Shown here in pieces: positions 44,659 to 55,806 of a DNA stretch of 64,000 nucleotides (positions are counted from its first letter, which is position 1; the number at the start of each line of letters is the position of its first letter). The translations under genes and the position numbers were made by a program. Origin of the DNA: Bacilli bacterium (GTDB taxonomy: Bacteria > Bacillota_I > Bacilli_A > RF39 > UBA660). The notes beneath the pieces were generated by a model. The model saw nothing but the letters and a program-made list of their open reading frames with translations. It searched no databases and had not been told where the DNA came from. Location of the stretch: the NCBI GenBank assembly GCA_017462455.1, contig JAFTRC010000058.1, forward strand, positions 123 to 64,122, in the 5' to 3' direction.

Positions 44659-45198
44659 TTATTTCTTAAATGGCATTCCGAAACCTTTTAATAGATCTAA
44701 CGCTTCAGCATCAGTTTTTGCAGTTGTTACAAAAACTATGTCCATACCACGTACTTTAACTACTTCATCATATTCGATTTCTGGGAAGATTAATTGTTCA
44801 GTTAATCCTAATGTATAATTTCCTCTTCCATCAAATGCCTTATTAGATATACCTCTAAAGTCTCTTACACGAGGTAATGTAATACTAATTAATTTATCTA
44901 AGAAGTTATACATATTCTCCCCACGTAAAGTTACCTTACATCCGATAGCTTGACCTTCTCTTAATTTAAATCCAGCTATAGATTTTTTTGCTTTTGTAGC
45001 GATTGGTTTTTGTCCTGTTATAATTTCAAGATCTTTCATAGCTCCTTCTAATAATTTAGAATTAGTAGTAGCATCTCCACAACCAATGTTAACTACAATT
45101 TTATCTAATTTTGGTACTTCCATAACATTTTTATAATTATGTTTACTCATTAAATCGGATACGATTGTTTTTTCATACTTTTCTTTTAGGCGGTTCAT
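44659..45198 (-). CDS. rplE: 50S ribosomal protein L5
   Basis: Sequence recognised and operon order fits. Confidence 0.95.
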   Translation of the reverse strand: MNRLKEKYEKTIVSDLMSKHNYKNVMEVPKLDKIVVNIGCGDATTNSKLLEGAMKDLEIITGQKPIATKAKKSIAGFKLREGQAIGCKVTLRGENMYNFLDKLISITLPRVRDFRGISNKAFDGRGNYTLGLTEQLIFPEIEYDEVVKVRGMDIVFVTTAKTDAEALDLLKGFGMPFKK

Positions 45199-45215
45199 AT
45201 ATACCCTCCTTCCAA

Positions 45216-45530
45216 TTAATCAAGACTAGAATTAGATTTTTTTGCAATTCTAATTTTCTTACCGTCTTTATTTACACTGTGTCCTATTCTAGTAGGTTTT
45301 TTAGTTTTTGGATCAATAATCATTACATTTGAAGCATGAATAGGTGCTTCTACTTCGTTAATACTTCCAGCTTGTTGTCCGTTTCCTTTAACATGTTTTT
45401 TAACAATGTTAACTCCTTCAACAACAACTCTGTTTTCTTTACGTAGTACGTGAGTTATTTTTCCTTCTTTTCCTTTATCCTTACCAGAAATGACAACTAC
45501 TTTATCTCCAGTTTTAAAGTTCATTTTCAT
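45216..45530 (-). CDS. rplX: 50S ribosomal protein L24
   Basis: KOW motif [16 protein letters not shown]. Confidence 0.95.
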   Translation of the reverse strand: MKMNFKTGDKVVVISGKDKGKEGKITHVLRKENRVVVEGVNIVKKHVKGNGQQAGSINEVEAPIHASNVMIIDPKTKKPTRIGHSVNKDGKKIRIAKKSNSSLD

Positions 45531-45541
45531 TCCTCCAAACT

Positions 45542-45910
45542 CTATAACACTTCTTTAGCAAGTGAAATAATTTTATTAAATCCTAAATCACGTAATTCAC
45601 GTGCTACTGGCCCAAATACACGAGTTCCTACTGGACTCTTATCATCTTTGATTATGCAAGCTGCATTATCGTCAAATTTGATGTATGATCCATCTTCTCT
45701 TCTTAGACCAAATTTACTTCTAACTACAACTGCTTTAACAACTTTTCCTTTGCCAACAGTTCCGTTAGGTGTTGCTTTTTTTACTGAAGCAACTACTATA
45801 TCACCGATATTTCCAGTTTTAACTTTTGACCCTCCTAGAACACGAATTACAGATAATTCTTTTGCTCCAGAGTTGTCAGCTACTTTTAAACGGCTTTCTT
45901 GTTGAATCAT
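45542..45910 (-). CDS. rplN: 50S ribosomal protein L14
   Basis: Starts [17 protein letters not shown]. Confidence 0.95.
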   Translation of the reverse strand: MIQQESRLKVADNSGAKELSVIRVLGGSKVKTGNIGDIVVASVKKATPNGTVGKGKVVKAVVVRSKFGLRREDGSYIKFDDNAACIIKDDKSPVGTRVFGPVARELRDLGFNKIISLAKEVL

Positions 45911-45934
45911 ATTTATCCTCCTTCACTCGTTCAA

Positions 45935-46195
45935 TTATAAAATAATTGCTTTTTCTATAACTTTTACTAAACGGAAATGTTTAGTTTTTGATAATGGTCT
46001 TGTTTCAGCTATAAGAACTTTATCTCCTTTTTTAGCTTCATTTTTTTCATCATGTGCAGTATATTTTTTTGAATATTTAACTCTCTTATGATATAATTTA
46101 TCATTTTTGTAAGTTTCAACTAAAACTGTAATAGTTTTGTCGTTTACATCACTTACAACAGTTCCAACTAATTCGTGAGTTCTTTTTTCTTCCAT
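45935..46195 (-). CDS. rpsQ: 30S ribosomal protein S17
   Basis: Sequence recognised and operon order fits. Confidence 0.95.
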   Translation of the reverse strand: MEEKRTHELVGTVVSDVNDKTITVLVETYKNDKLYHKRVKYSKKYTAHDEKNEAKKGDKVLIAETRPLSKTKHFRLVKVIEKAIIL

Positions 46196-46207
46196 AATTT
46201 CCTCCTA

Positions 46208-46402
46208 TTATTTAGTTAATTCTCTTTCACGTAAGATTGTTTTCATACGTGCAACTAATTTTCTTAATTCGTTAATTCTTGAAGGTTTTTCTAAAGATCC
46301 TGTTGCTTGTTGGAAACGTAAGTTAAATAATTCTTCTTTTGATTCTTCTATTTTTGAAAGTATTTCCTCATTAGATAATTCTCTTATTTCTTTATTAGTC
46401 AT
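46208..46402 (-). CDS. rpmC: 50S ribosomal protein L29
   Basis: Trimmed to [10 protein letters not shown]. Overlaps the rplP stop by 8 nt. Confidence 0.9.
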   Translation of the reverse strand: MTNKEIRELSNEEILSKIEESKEELFNLRFQQATGSLEKPSRINELRKLVARMKTILRERELTK

Positions 46403-46826
46403 TACTTTCACCACTTTCTTCTTTCTTTACAAATTTACATTTGATTGGAAGTTTATGCATAGCAAGTCTTAAAGCTTCACGAGCGATTTCTTCACTAACT
46501 CCTCCAATTTCAAACATAACTTTACCTTGTTTAACTACTGCAACCCATGCATCATGAGAACCTTTACCTTTACCTTGACGAGTTTCAAGTGGTTTTTTAG
46601 TTAATGATAAGTGTGGGAAAATATTTATCCATACTTTTCCTCCACGTTTCATATAACGAGTCATAGCAACTCTGGCTGCTTCGATTTGTCTATCAGTTAT
46701 CCAAGCACCTTCCATTGCCATTAAACCATATTCACCAAAGTTAACTTTAGTATTTCCTTTTGCTTTTCCATCATAAGGAAGACGATGTACATTACGATAT
46801 TTAGTTCTTTTTGGAATTACTGCCAT
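46395..46826 (-). CDS. rplP: 50S ribosomal protein L16
   Basis: Trimmed to [11 protein letters not shown], with GGGAGG upstream. Confidence 0.95.
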   Translation of the reverse strand: MAVIPKRTKYRNVHRLPYDGKAKGNTKVNFGEYGLMAMEGAWITDRQIEAARVAMTRYMKRGGKVWINIFPHLSLTKKPLETRQGKGKGSHDAWVAVVKQGKVMFEIGGVSEEIAREALRLAMHKLPIKCKFVKKEESGESND

Positions 46827-47478
46827 CTTTATTACCTCCCTTATTTCTAGCAGGAAGTATTTCACCTTTACAAATCCATACTTTTACACCGATTTTACCA
46901 TAAGTAGTATCTGCTTCTTTGTGAGCATAATCGATATCTGATCTTAAAGTATGACGAGGAACGCTACCTTCTGTATAACCTTCAGTACGAGCCATATCAG
47001 CTCCTCCTAAACGTCCAGATACAGCAGTTGTTATTCCTTTAGCTCCTGCTTTCATAGTATTTCTAATAGCTCTTTTTTGAGCAATTCTGAATGATACACG
47101 TCCTTCGATTTGACGTGCGATATTTTCTGCAACAAGTGCAGCATCTAAATCTGGGTTTTTAACTTCTTTGATTGAGATTTGAATATTTTCATCAACTAAT
47201 TTAGTTAACTCTTTCTTTAATTTTTCTATTTCATCTCCACCATGTCCGATAACTACTCCAGGTTTAGCTGTATTTATAACAACATTAGTCTTCTTAGTGT
47301 CTCTTTCAATAAGAATACTTGAAACTGATGCGTCTTTTAGTTTCTTTTCTAGCATTTTTCTAATCTTATCATCATTTTTGATATACTTAGCATTATCTTT
47401 TCCTTTAGCATACCAAGTTGATTGCCAAGATTTGTTAACGCCTATTCTAAGTCCGACTGGACTAACTTTTTGACCCAC
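46801..47478 (-). CDS. rpsC: 30S ribosomal protein S3
   Basis: Starts [13 protein letters not shown] and has a KH domain. Confidence 0.95.
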   Translation of the reverse strand: MGQKVSPVGLRIGVNKSWQSTWYAKGKDNAKYIKNDDKIRKMLEKKLKDASVSSILIERDTKKTNVVINTAKPGVVIGHGGDEIEKLKKELTKLVDENIQISIKEVKNPDLDAALVAENIARQIEGRVSFRIAQKRAIRNTMKAGAKGITTAVSGRLGGADMARTEGYTEGSVPRHTLRSDIDYAHKEADTTYGKIGVKVWICKGEILPARNKGGNKDGSNSKKN

Positions 47479-47496
47479 AAGTTTTCCTCCTTTACC

Positions 47497-47832
47497 TTAG
47501 TTTCTTTCACTTACAACAATTGTAATATGACTTGTTCTTTTTTTAATTGGATCTACGTGACCACGAGAACCAAATTTCATTCTTTTTAATGTTTGTCCTT
47601 CATCAACATATGCTTTACTAACATATAATTTAGTTTTATCTAAACCTAAGTTGTTTTCAGCATTTGCTACTGCAGAAGTTAACACTTTTAAAGTTAATCT
47701 AGCAGCTGAACTATTGTAGTTTCTACAAATTCTATCAGCTTCTGCCACGTCTTTACCACGAACTAGATCAATTACTAGACGAGCTTTACGTGGTGGGATT
47801 CTAAGTCCCTTTGCGATTGCTCTTGCTTCCAT
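47497..47832 (-). CDS. rplV: 50S ribosomal protein L22
   Basis: Sequence recognised and operon order fits. Confidence 0.95.
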   Translation of the reverse strand: MEARAIAKGLRIPPRKARLVIDLVRGKDVAEADRICRNYNSSAARLTLKVLTSAVANAENNLGLDKTKLYVSKAYVDEGQTLKRMKFGSRGHVDPIKKRTSHITIVVSERN

Positions 47833-47855
47833 TTTATTTCATCCTTCCTAGGTTT

Positions 47856-48128
47856 TTATTTTTTACCTTTTTGATCACCGTGACCACCAAATTTACGAGT
47901 AGCAACGAATTCTCCTAATTTATGTCCTACCATATCTTCAGTAACATAAACAGGAACGAATTCTTTACCGTTATGAACAGCAAATGTGTTACCTATAAAT
48001 TCAGGAAATATTGTTGAACGGCGTGACCAAGTTTTTATAACTTCTTTTTTCTCAGATTCATTTACTTTTTTGACCTTTTTCATAAGACTTTCATCTACAA
48101 AAGGTCCTTTTTTTAAACTTCTAGCCAT
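47856..48128 (-). CDS. rpsS: 30S ribosomal protein S19
   Basis: Starts [12 protein letters not shown]. Confidence 0.95.
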   Translation of the reverse strand: MARSLKKGPFVDESLMKKVKKVNESEKKEVIKTWSRRSTIFPEFIGNTFAVHNGKEFVPVYVTEDMVGHKLGEFVATRKFGGHGDQKGKK

Positions 48129-48144
48129 TATTTACCATCCTTTC

Positions 48145-48975
48145 CTATTTTTTACGGCGATGAACTATTAAGTTATCTGATTGTTTTTTACCTTTACGAG
48201 TTTTATAACCAAGCGCAGGTTTTCCCCAAGGTGTAAGAGGTCCTTTATGTCCAATTGGAGCTCTACCTTCTCCACCACCATGAGGGTGATCATTAGGGTT
48301 CATAACTGATCCACGAACTGTTGGTCTAATACCCATATGTCTTTTACGACCAGCTTTACCTAAATTTACTAATTCATGATCTTCATTTCCTACTTCACCA
48401 ATAACAGCGCGGCAAACACTTAATACTTTACGAACTTCACCACTTGTTAAACGAAGTAATGCATATTTTCCTTCAAAACCAAGTATTTGAACACTTGATC
48501 CTGCAGAACGAGCAAGTTGTGCTCCTTTTCCAGGTTTTAATTCAACATTGTGAACTAATGTACCTTCTGGAATATTTGCTAGTGGTAAACAGTTACCAAC
48601 TTTGATATCTGCTTTTTCTCCACTTTCAACTTTATCCCCAACTTTTAATCCTTTTGGAGCAATGATGTATGATTTTTCTCCATCAGCGTATTTAATCAAA
48701 GCTATGTTTGATGTTCTATTTGGATCATATTCTATTGAAGCTACTGTTCCAACAACACCATCTTTAATTCTTTTAAAATCGATTAAACGATATTTTCTTT
48801 TAGCTCCTCCGCCTTGATGACGAACAGTTATTTTACCTTGATTATTACGTCCACCATTTTTCTTTAATGTAACTAATAAAGATTTCTCTGGTGCTACTTT
48901 AGTTAATCCACTATTATCTAAAGTAGTCATACCACGTCTACCATTAGTTGTTGATTTATAACTTTTGATTGCCAT
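48145..48975 (-). CDS. rplB: 50S ribosomal protein L2
   Basis: Contains [14 protein letters not shown]. Confidence 0.95.
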   Translation of the reverse strand: MAIKSYKSTTNGRRGMTTLDNSGLTKVAPEKSLLVTLKKNGGRNNQGKITVRHQGGGAKRKYRLIDFKRIKDGVVGTVASIEYDPNRTSNIALIKYADGEKSYIIAPKGLKVGDKVESGEKADIKVGNCLPLANIPEGTLVHNVELKPGKGAQLARSAGSSVQILGFEGKYALLRLTSGEVRKVLSVCRAVIGEVGNEDHELVNLGKAGRKRHMGIRPTVRGSVMNPNDHPHGGGEGRAPIGHKGPLTPWGKPALGYKTRKGKKQSDNLIVHRRKK

Positions 48976-48993
48976 TGTATTTCCTCCCTTAGA

Positions 48994-49275
48994 CTAGTTT
49001 AGTTCTATTGAACTTCCTTCTTTTAATGTAACTATAGCTTTTTTCTTTCTATTAGTTAATCCAGTATAACGTCCAACTCTTTTCTTTCTTGGTCTAACGT
49101 TTATTGTATTAACTTTTTCAACCTTAACGTCGAAGATTTTTTCTACAGCTTGTTTAATTTGTGTTTTATTAGCTTTTGGATCTACACTAAAAGTAATAAC
49201 GTTTCCGTTTTGACTTAAAGTTGCAGTCTTTTCAGTAATAATCGGAGCTTTTATAACGTCTCTATAATTATTCAT
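48994..49275 (-). CDS. rplW: 50S ribosomal protein L23
   Basis: Sequence recognised and operon order fits. Confidence 0.95.
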   Translation of the reverse strand: MNNYRDVIKAPIITEKTATLSQNGNVITFSVDPKANKTQIKQAVEKIFDVKVEKVNTINVRPRKKRVGRYTGLTNRKKKAIVTLKEGSSIELN

Positions 49276-49898
49276 TATACTAAAGCCTCCTCTATTTCTT
49301 TAATAGCAGATTCTTCTACTATTACTAAGTTTGCAGAAACTAAATCTAATACATTTACTTCGCTAGCTTCAAGTAATAAAACATTGTTTAAGTTACGAGT
49401 AGCTAAGATTAAATTGTCATTTAATTCTGAAACAATTATTAATGCATTTCTTTCAACTTTGAAATTACCTAAGATATTTTTCATATCTTTTGTTTTGTTT
49501 GTTTCAACATTTAATGAATCAACAATAACTAATTCTTTGTTGATAACTTTATAAGCTAAAGCAGATTTTAAAGCTAAAGCTCTTTCTTTTCTATTTTGTT
49601 TTACTTCGTAGTTTCTTGTTTGGTTACCAAACGCCCAACCACCATGATACCAATGTGGTGCTCTTGTAGAACCTTGACGAGCACGTCCAGTTCCTTTTTG
49701 TCTCCATGGTTTTCTTCCACCACCAGATACATCAGAACGTCCTTTAACACCTCTTGTTCCTTGACGAGCATTGTTTTGAGCTAATTTAATAGCATCATAT
49801 AATACTGCATCGTTTGGAACTATTCCGAAAACTTCTTTATTTAATGTAATATCTTTTACTTTTTCACCATTTGTGTTTAATACATTTATTTTTGCCAT
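49275..49898 (-). CDS. rplD: 50S ribosomal protein L4
   Basis: Contains [19 protein letters not shown]. Confidence 0.95.
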   Translation of the reverse strand: MAKINVLNTNGEKVKDITLNKEVFGIVPNDAVLYDAIKLAQNNARQGTRGVKGRSDVSGGGRKPWRQKGTGRARQGSTRAPHWYHGGWAFGNQTRNYEVKQNRKERALALKSALAYKVINKELVIVDSLNVETNKTKDMKNILGNFKVERNALIIVSELNDNLILATRNLNNVLLLEASEVNVLDLVSANLVIVEESAIKEIEEALV

Positions 49899-49915
49899 AT
49901 TATGTATCCTCCCTA

Positions 49916-50671
49916 CTAATTTTCTTCCTTAGTAGCTTCAGTTGTTTCTAGAGCAACTTCTTCAACCACTGGTGTTTCTTCTACTGTTTCAGCTACAGGT
50001 TCTTCAACTTCATAAGAAACTAAGTTTTCCATTTCATTGATTTTTCCATTAGCTTTAACAGCACTCTTTATAATTACTAAACCTTTTTTAGGTCCTGGTA
50101 TATTACCACTTATTAATATTACATTATTTTCAGTGTCTACAGCAACAATTTCAAGATTTTGAATAGTTACTGTAAGTGTTCCCATATGTCCGGCAAGTTT
50201 TTTACCTTTGAAAACACGCATTGGTCTCATTGTACCCATTGAACCTGGTCTTCTATGATAATGTGAACCATGTCCCATAGGTCCTCTACTTTGTCCGTGT
50301 CTTTTAATAACACCTTGGAACCCTTTACCTTTAGTAGTTCCAGTTACATCAACCACTTCTCCTGGAGTGAATATATCAGCTGATATTTCTTGTCCTAGAG
50401 TATATGAATTGATATCTACACCTTTTATTTCTCTAAAGAAGCGCTTAGGTGTAGTTTGTGCTTTTGCTGTGTGTCCAGCAGAAGCTTTAGTCGCTAACTT
50501 TTCTCTTGTATTTCCAAACCCTAATTGAATTGCTTCATAACCATCGTTTTCTTTAGTTTTGATTTGAGTAACTACATTTTTCTCAACTTCAACAACAGTT
50601 ACAGGAATTAATTTACCAGATTCAGTAAATACTTGAGTCATTCCTATTTTACGACCTAAGATTCCTTTCAT
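49916..50671 (-). CDS. rplC: 50S ribosomal protein L3 (with ~40-aa acidic C-terminal extension)
   Basis: Starts [15 protein letters not shown]. The tail is [31 protein letters not shown]. Confidence 0.95.
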   Translation of the reverse strand: MKGILGRKIGMTQVFTESGKLIPVTVVEVEKNVVTQIKTKENDGYEAIQLGFGNTREKLATKASAGHTAKAQTTPKRFFREIKGVDINSYTLGQEISADIFTPGEVVDVTGTTKGKGFQGVIKRHGQSRGPMGHGSHYHRRPGSMGTMRPMRVFKGKKLAGHMGTLTVTIQNLEIVAVDTENNVILISGNIPGPKKGLVIIKSAVKANGKINEMENLVSYEVEEPVAETVEETPVVEEVALETTEATKEEN

Positions 50672-50685
50672 ATTTTCTCCTCCTA

Positions 50686-50994
50686 TTATTTAGTTATTTT
50701 GATATCTACACCACTTGGAATATCTAAATGAGCTAATGCTTCAATAGTTTCTTTAGTAGGTTCAACGATATCTACTAGTCTTTTGTGTGTTCTTCTTTCA
50801 AATTGCTCACGTGAATCTTTATATTTGTGAACAGCTCTTAAGATAGTGATTTTTTCAATTTCAGTTGGTAGTGGAACTGGTCCAACAACTGTACCACCAT
50901 TTCTTTTAACTGTTTCAACGATTTTAGCGCAAGCTTTGTCCAAACTTTTGTGTTCGAACGCTTTTAATTTGATACGAATTTTTGTTTTTGACAT
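50686..50994 (-). CDS. rpsJ: 30S ribosomal protein S10
   Basis: Trimmed to [15 protein letters not shown], with GGGAGG upstream. Confidence 0.95.
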   Translation of the reverse strand: MSKTKIRIKLKAFEHKSLDKACAKIVETVKRNGGTVVGPVPLPTEIEKITILRAVHKYKDSREQFERRTHKRLVDIVEPTKETIEALAHLDIPSGVDIKITK

Positions 50995-51132
50995 ATTTGT
51001 ATCCTCCCTTCGCCTATATCGAGTATAGACTCGCTCCGTGTAAAAACCTAATAACCAGTTTATTTTGTATAACAACTTAACCTGGTGTATCAGCAACCTT
51101 ACACATCAATGCACGCTATTAAACGCCACACA
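50995..51132 (-). promoter_or_regulatory. structured ~135-nt leader of the S10 operon
   Basis: Locally GC-richer stretch with hairpins gtgta..tacac, accag..ctggt and cgagt..actcg, lying between the promoter and the SD. Confidence 0.35.
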
Positions 51133-51138
51133 TACAAG

Positions 51139-51167
51139 ATTATACGTGATTTTTTCAAAAAAATCAA
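51139..51167 (-). promoter_or_regulatory. S10-operon promoter TTGATT-17-TATAAT
   Basis: The minus strand reads ttgatttttttgaaaaaatcacgtataat, with consensus spacing. Confidence 0.55.
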
Positions 51168-51224
51168 CACTTTTTTCAACTTTTTTTTAATTTTGTTTAC
51201 ACAATAAAAAAGATAGCTTTTTAA

Positions 51225-52283
51225 CTATCTTATAAAAGGAATATCATCATTTGTGTAATTTTTTAATTTGCTTCTTAATTTTCTAATAGCTTTAATTTCT
51301 ATTTGTCTAACTCTTTCTCTAGTTACTTTAAAAATATCTCCCACTTCTTCAAGGGTTCTTTCTCTTCCATCTAACATTCCATATCTTAAAATTAAGACAG
51401 TATACTCTCTATACGTCAAAGCGTCTCTCATAATTTGTTTAATATTTTTCATAACAAGTTTATTTGTTATTTTTTCTTCAATATTTTCATTTGAAGGAAT
51501 AAAACTCATTAATTCACTATCATCTTCTTCACCTATAGAAACATTTAAGCTTACTATAGGTTCCTTTATCATCAACAATTCTTCCAATAACTTAACATCC
51601 ATATGTAATGCATTTGCACACTCTTCATTTGTAGGTTCAATCCCAAATTCTTTTATATGAGTTTCTATATATTTTTTAACTTTTTTTATTTCTTCATGTC
51701 TATGAATCGGTATTCTTATTGCTCTTTGCTTTTCTGACATTTCTCTTTCTATAGATTGCCTAATCCACCATGTGGCATATGTTGAAAATTTATATCCTTT
51801 TGTTTCATCAAACTTTTCAACTGCCTTAACCAACCCCAAATTACCTTCCTGCACTACATCTAAATAAGAAAATATTGTATTAAATGCATTTATTCTATTA
51901 TTATACCTTTTTGCATAGCTGGCTACAAGTTTTAAATTACATTTGATAATCCAGTCTCTAGCTTCTAAATCACCTATTTTGTATTTTTTAAACAAATTAA
52001 ACTCTTCTTCTTTAGATAGTACCGGATATTTTCCAATTTCATTTAAATATTGTTTTACTTCATCTTGTATATATTTTTTATCAAAGTCAGTCAATTTAAT
52101 TATTTCATCTACTTCTTTATCTGTCAATGTTTCTCTGAATTCTATTATTACACCCTTATCAGACAAAGTTTTCAAAAGTTCATCATATTCTTTTTCTTGT
52201 ATTTTAATTTTTTCTATATCCTCTATACTCAATCTATTATTATTTGATTCTGCTTTCTTCAATAACATATCTAAATAATACAT
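51225..52283 (-). CDS. RNA polymerase sigma factor, RpoD/SigA family
   Basis: Regions 1.2 to 4.2 recognisable: YLNEIGKYPVLSKEEE, FSTYATWWIRQSI and TLEEVGDIFKVTRERVRQIEIKAIRKLR. Trimmed to the ATG at 52283 (GGTGAT upstream). Confidence 0.85.
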   Translation of the reverse strand: MYYLDMLLKKAESNNNRLSIEDIEKIKIQEKEYDELLKTLSDKGVIIEFRETLTDKEVDEIIKLTDFDKKYIQDEVKQYLNEIGKYPVLSKEEEFNLFKKYKIGDLEARDWIIKCNLKLVASYAKRYNNRINAFNTIFSYLDVVQEGNLGLVKAVEKFDETKGYKFSTYATWWIRQSIEREMSEKQRAIRIPIHRHEEIKKVKKYIETHIKEFGIEPTNEECANALHMDVKLLEELLMIKEPIVSLNVSIGEEDDSELMSFIPSNENIEEKITNKLVMKNIKQIMRDALTYREYTVLILRYGMLDGRERTLEEVGDIFKVTRERVRQIEIKAIRKLRSKLKNYTNDDIPFIR

Positions 52284-52354
52284 ACAAATCACCAAACTTC
52301 CGTCAAAAAATCATTTGTTCGAATATGATACCATTACTATTAGAATTTGTCAAA

Positions 52355-52380
52355 CAAAAAAAGATAGAAATATCTATCTT
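52355..52380 (-). terminator. intrinsic terminator of rpsF-ssb-rpsR
   Basis: aagataga/tctatctt stem followed by a T-run on the minus strand. Confidence 0.55.
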
Positions 52381-52597
52381 ATTTAACGAATGGTATTAAA
52401 GCCATATGTCTAGCATATTTAACTTGTGTAGCTATATGTCTTTGATGTTTAGCACAAGCTCCTGTAATTCTTCTTGGTAAAATTTTACCTTTATCTTGGC
52501 TAACACATTTTTTAATTACATCTACATTTTTGTAATCAACATCTTTACCAGCACACATTTGACATATTTTTTTCTTTTTTCTATAAAATTCTGCCAT
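52379..52597 (-). CDS. rpsR: 30S ribosomal protein S18
   Basis: Sequence recognised. Sits in the rpsF-ssb-rpsR order. Confidence 0.95.
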   Translation of the reverse strand: MAEFYRKKKKICQMCAGKDVDYKNVDVIKKCVSQDKGKILPRRITGACAKHQRHIATQVKYARHMALIPFVK

Positions 52598-52611
52598 TAT
52601 TATTCCTCCTA

Positions 52612-53079
52612 TTATTCTAGGAAGTTATCATCTATTGAAACACTATCTCCAAATTCAGCAAACGGATCATTTTCAACATTTACTTCTGGAGCTTTATTAC
52701 TGTCTTGGTAATCATAAGGTGTTGGCTCATAGTTGTTTGAACTACTTGATTGTTCTCTAGCAGCTTTGCTTTCAACAAATTCAAAATTGTCTAAAGCAAC
52801 ATCAACAGTATATCTCTTGTTTCCATCTTTATCATCGTAACTTCCAGTTTGTAATCTACCCTCTAGGGCAATTAAATTTCCTTTATCAAAATATCTTGAT
52901 ATTGTTTCTGCTTGTTTACGCCATGCAACTACATTTATAAAATCAGCATCTCTTTTTCCATCAGCATTTGTAAAATTTCTATTTACCGCAACACTAAATC
53001 TTGTATATGCTGTATTTTGTGGTGTATAACGTAATTCTGGTTTAGCAGTTAATCTTCCTACTAATACTACCTTATTCAT
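52612..53079 (-). CDS. ssb: single-stranded DNA-binding protein
   Basis: Starts [21 protein letters not shown] fold plus an acidic tail. Confidence 0.95.
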   Translation of the reverse strand: MNKVVLVGRLTAKPELRYTPQNTAYTRFSVAVNRNFTNADGKRDADFINVVAWRKQAETISRYFDKGNLIALEGRLQTGSYDDKDGNKRYTVDVALDNFEFVESKAAREQSSSSNNYEPTPYDYQDSNKAPEVNVENDPFAEFGDSVSIDDNFLE

Positions 53080-53090
53080 AGATTCACCTC

Positions 53091-53393
53091 TTAGTCTTCC
53101 TTATTAATTATTATATGTCTAATAATATCGTTACTAATTAAAGCTAAACGATCAAATTCTTTAACAGCTTTGTCGTCACCAGCTTCAATGTTAACTACGA
53201 AGTAATATCCACTTTTGTAAGTATTATTTCCTACTTTGATTTCATAAGCTAATGTTTTTTGTCCCCAAGCGTCAACACTTGTAACCTTAGCTCCATTAGT
53301 TTCTAATGTTTTTTGGAAGTTAGATGCAACTTTTTTTATTTCATCTTCTCCTAATGTAGGTCTTACAACGAACATAATTTCATAATTTCTCAT
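53091..53393 (-). CDS. rpsF: 30S ribosomal protein S6
   Basis: Starts MRNYEIMFVVRP. Confidence 0.95.
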   Translation of the reverse strand: MRNYEIMFVVRPTLGEDEIKKVASNFQKTLETNGAKVTSVDAWGQKTLAYEIKVGNNTYKSGYYFVVNIEAGDDKAVKEFDRLALISNDIIRHIIINKED

Positions 53394-53486
53394 TCTTACA
53401 CCTCCTTATGGTCTTTGGCTCTTTCGAGCAAGGAGTAAATTTCTTCACTCGACATAGATTATAACAAACTTTTTTTAGTTTGTAAA
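53394..53486 (-). promoter_or_regulatory. rpsF promoter (TTTACA-17-TATAAT) and hairpin-containing leader (candidate S6:S18-binding leader)
   Basis: -35 at 53481..53486 and -10 at 53458..53463. The leader hairpin tcgagtgaag..actccttgctcga precedes the SD AAGGAGGTG. Confidence 0.45.
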
Positions 53487-53567
53487 CCTTATTTTAATTA
53501 TATTTTTTAAATTTATTTTTCATACATAATATTGATTTTTCTATTCATATTAATATTGGTGAATATT

Positions 53568-54056
53568 ATGTATTATTTAAATTATTTTTTTTTAATGTCT
53601 ATATTTGGGCATTTTATAGAATCTTTTTTTTATAGCAGCGGTGATAGTGGCATTCTTTTAGGATATTGGACTCCTATATATGGAATTGGTACTGTCATTA
53701 TTTTATTAATAAACAAATGGGTTAGTAAATTTAAAACTAATAAATGGATAAAAATTTTATTATTATTTGTTCTTAGTGCGATTATTTTAGCTCTTATAGA
53801 GTCATTAGGTGGATATTTAATTAAATGGATATTTGATAAAGAACTTTGGGATTATTCTAACCATAAATTTAATATAGGAAATTATACATCTTTAGAAATG
53901 TCTCTTATATGGGGATTAAGTAGTCTATTGCTTATTTATTTTATTAAAACTCTAATAGATAAATTTATAAATAAAATTCCTAAATTTCTGACTTATATAT
54001 TATCATTTTTGTTCATTATTGACTGCATAGCAACTATATTTATTAAAGTGTTATAA
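53568..54056 (+). CDS. polytopic membrane protein (PF06541/DUF1113-like, tentative)
   Basis: The track ORF starts at TTG 53532. The ATG at 53568 follows GGTGA. Four or five TM segments. Confidence 0.5.
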   Translation: MYYLNYFFLMSIFGHFIESFFYSSGDSGILLGYWTPIYGIGTVIILLINKWVSKFKTNKWIKILLLFVLSAIILALIESLGGYLIKWIFDKELWDYSNHKFNIGNYTSLEMSLIWGLSSLLLIYFIKTLIDKFINKIPKFLTYILSFLFIIDCIATIFIKVL

Positions 54057-54129
54057 GCGTGTTGGTGGCTGTTTAGCCAATAGTTAACAGACCTTTATAA
54101 AAGATAAAATAATATTATGGAGGAGTACT

Positions 54130-54381
54130 ATGGAGAAGGTTTCAAAGATAAAGATAGAAAAAGGGTTTTATTTATTTAAACTAAGAAACATCTTAAATGA
54201 AAGAAACATAAGTATTAATAAAATTATGAAGGATACTAACACCGATTTTAAAGTTTTAAAAAGAATTATGTCTGGAGATTTAGTTAAAATAGATATATTT
54301 GTTTTAGCTAGAATATGCGATTATCTAAACTGCTCTATTGAAGATATTGTTGAATATAGGCATAATCCTAACAAAAAATAA
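54130..54381 (+). CDS. small XRE/Cro-type HTH transcriptional regulator
   Basis: 83 aa with an HTH around ISINKIMKDTNTDFKVLKRIMSG. GGAGG lies upstream. Confidence 0.7.
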   Translation: MEKVSKIKIEKGFYLFKLRNILNERNISINKIMKDTNTDFKVLKRIMSGDLVKIDIFVLARICDYLNCSIEDIVEYRHNPNKK

Positions 54382-54399
54382 AAGCACGAAAGTGCTTTT
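54380..54399. terminator. bidirectional terminator between the HTH gene and ychF
   Basis: aaaagcac gaaa gtgctttt. Confidence 0.6.
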
Positions 54400-54400
54400 A

Positions 54401-55501
54401 TTATACATTAAATCTAAAGTAACAGATGTCTCCATCTTGCATTATATATTCTTTACCTTCAAGTCTCATACGCCCTGCTTCTTTTACTGCTTTTTCACTA
54501 CCTTGAGCTTTTAAATCTTCATAACTCATTATTTCTGCTTTTATGAAACCTCTTTCAAAATCTGTATGTATAATTCCTGCACACTGAGGTGCTTTCATAC
54601 CATTTTTAAATGTCCAAGCTCTACATTCATCCTCTCCTGCAGTAAAGAATGTTTTAAGACCAAGTAATGTATATGATGCTTTAATAAGAGTATCTATACC
54701 GCTTTCACTAACACCTAATTCACTTAAGAATGTATTTTTTTCTTCTTTACTCATATCACAAAGATCAGATTCTACTTTAGCACATATAGTAACTACTTCA
54801 GCATTATCTTTTTTAGCATATTCTTTTACTACTTCTATATATTTGTTATCTCCCATAAGTAAATCATCTTCTGACACATTAGTAACATATATAATAGGTT
54901 TACTAGTAAGTAAATTAAACGGTTTTATATATAATTTTTCTTCATCAGTAAGTTCTATTCTTCTTATTGGAATATTTTGTTCTAAAGTTTCTTTTAACTT
55001 AGTAAGTATAGCTGCTTCTTTTTGTACTTCTTTATCTTTAGATAGACTTGCCTTCTTACCTATTTTATTAAATCTATTTTCTACTACTTCAAGATCTGCA
55101 AGTATTAATTCTACTTCTATTATTTCTATATCTCTTATTGGATCGACATCATTCTCTACATGAATTATATCTCCATTTTCGAAACATCTAACTACTTCAC
55201 ATATAGCATCCACTTCTCTTATATGAGATAAAAATTTATTACCTAAGCCTTCTCCATTTGATGCACCTTTAACAAGGCCAGCTATATCTGTAAACTCAAA
55301 TGTAGTTGGAACTAAACTTTTCGGTTTATATAAATCATTCAAATAATCCAATCTTTCATCGGGTACAACTACTACTCCTACATTTGGATCTATTGTAGCA
55401 AATGGATAATTAGCAGCTAATATATTCTTTTTTGTTATTGCATTAAATAATGTACTCTTACCTACATTAGGTAATCCTACTATTCCCGCTGTCAAACTCA
55501 T
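54401..55501 (-). CDS. ychF: ribosome-binding ATPase YchF
   Basis: Contains GIVGLPNVGKSTLFNA and a C-terminal TGS-like domain. Confidence 0.95.
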   Translation of the reverse strand: MSLTAGIVGLPNVGKSTLFNAITKKNILAANYPFATIDPNVGVVVVPDERLDYLNDLYKPKSLVPTTFEFTDIAGLVKGASNGEGLGNKFLSHIREVDAICEVVRCFENGDIIHVENDVDPIRDIEIIEVELILADLEVVENRFNKIGKKASLSKDKEVQKEAAILTKLKETLEQNIPIRRIELTDEEKLYIKPFNLLTSKPIIYVTNVSEDDLLMGDNKYIEVVKEYAKKDNAEVVTICAKVESDLCDMSKEEKNTFLSELGVSESGIDTLIKASYTLLGLKTFFTAGEDECRAWTFKNGMKAPQCAGIIHTDFERGFIKAEIMSYEDLKAQGSEKAVKEAGRMRLEGKEYIMQDGDICYFRFNV

Positions 55502-55775
55502 ACTATCGCCTCTTTCTTTATTAGTTTACTATAATTTAACTTAAAATACAAGAACTAATGCCTATATAGTAGAGTAATATTTTTAAAAAATCGTTATATA
55601 AATAAAAAGCAGTGCTACTTTACACTGTTTTTTATTTCCCTTTTATTCTAATAATAGAACTACTCAATAATATCCTCTACGATATTACATTTTAATTATA
55701 AATGAGTATTTTTATGAGGTCAATTAGTTATATAAAGTTTCCGAGAAAAAATTATTTTAGAGTGTAAAGAAATGT

Positions 55776-55806
55776 AAAAAGCAAGTCATTTTGATATGAA
55801 CTTGCC
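55776..55806 (-). terminator. intrinsic terminator of the AbgT-family gene
   Basis: gcaagt/acttgc stem followed by a T5 run on the minus strand, directly after the stop. Confidence 0.55.
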
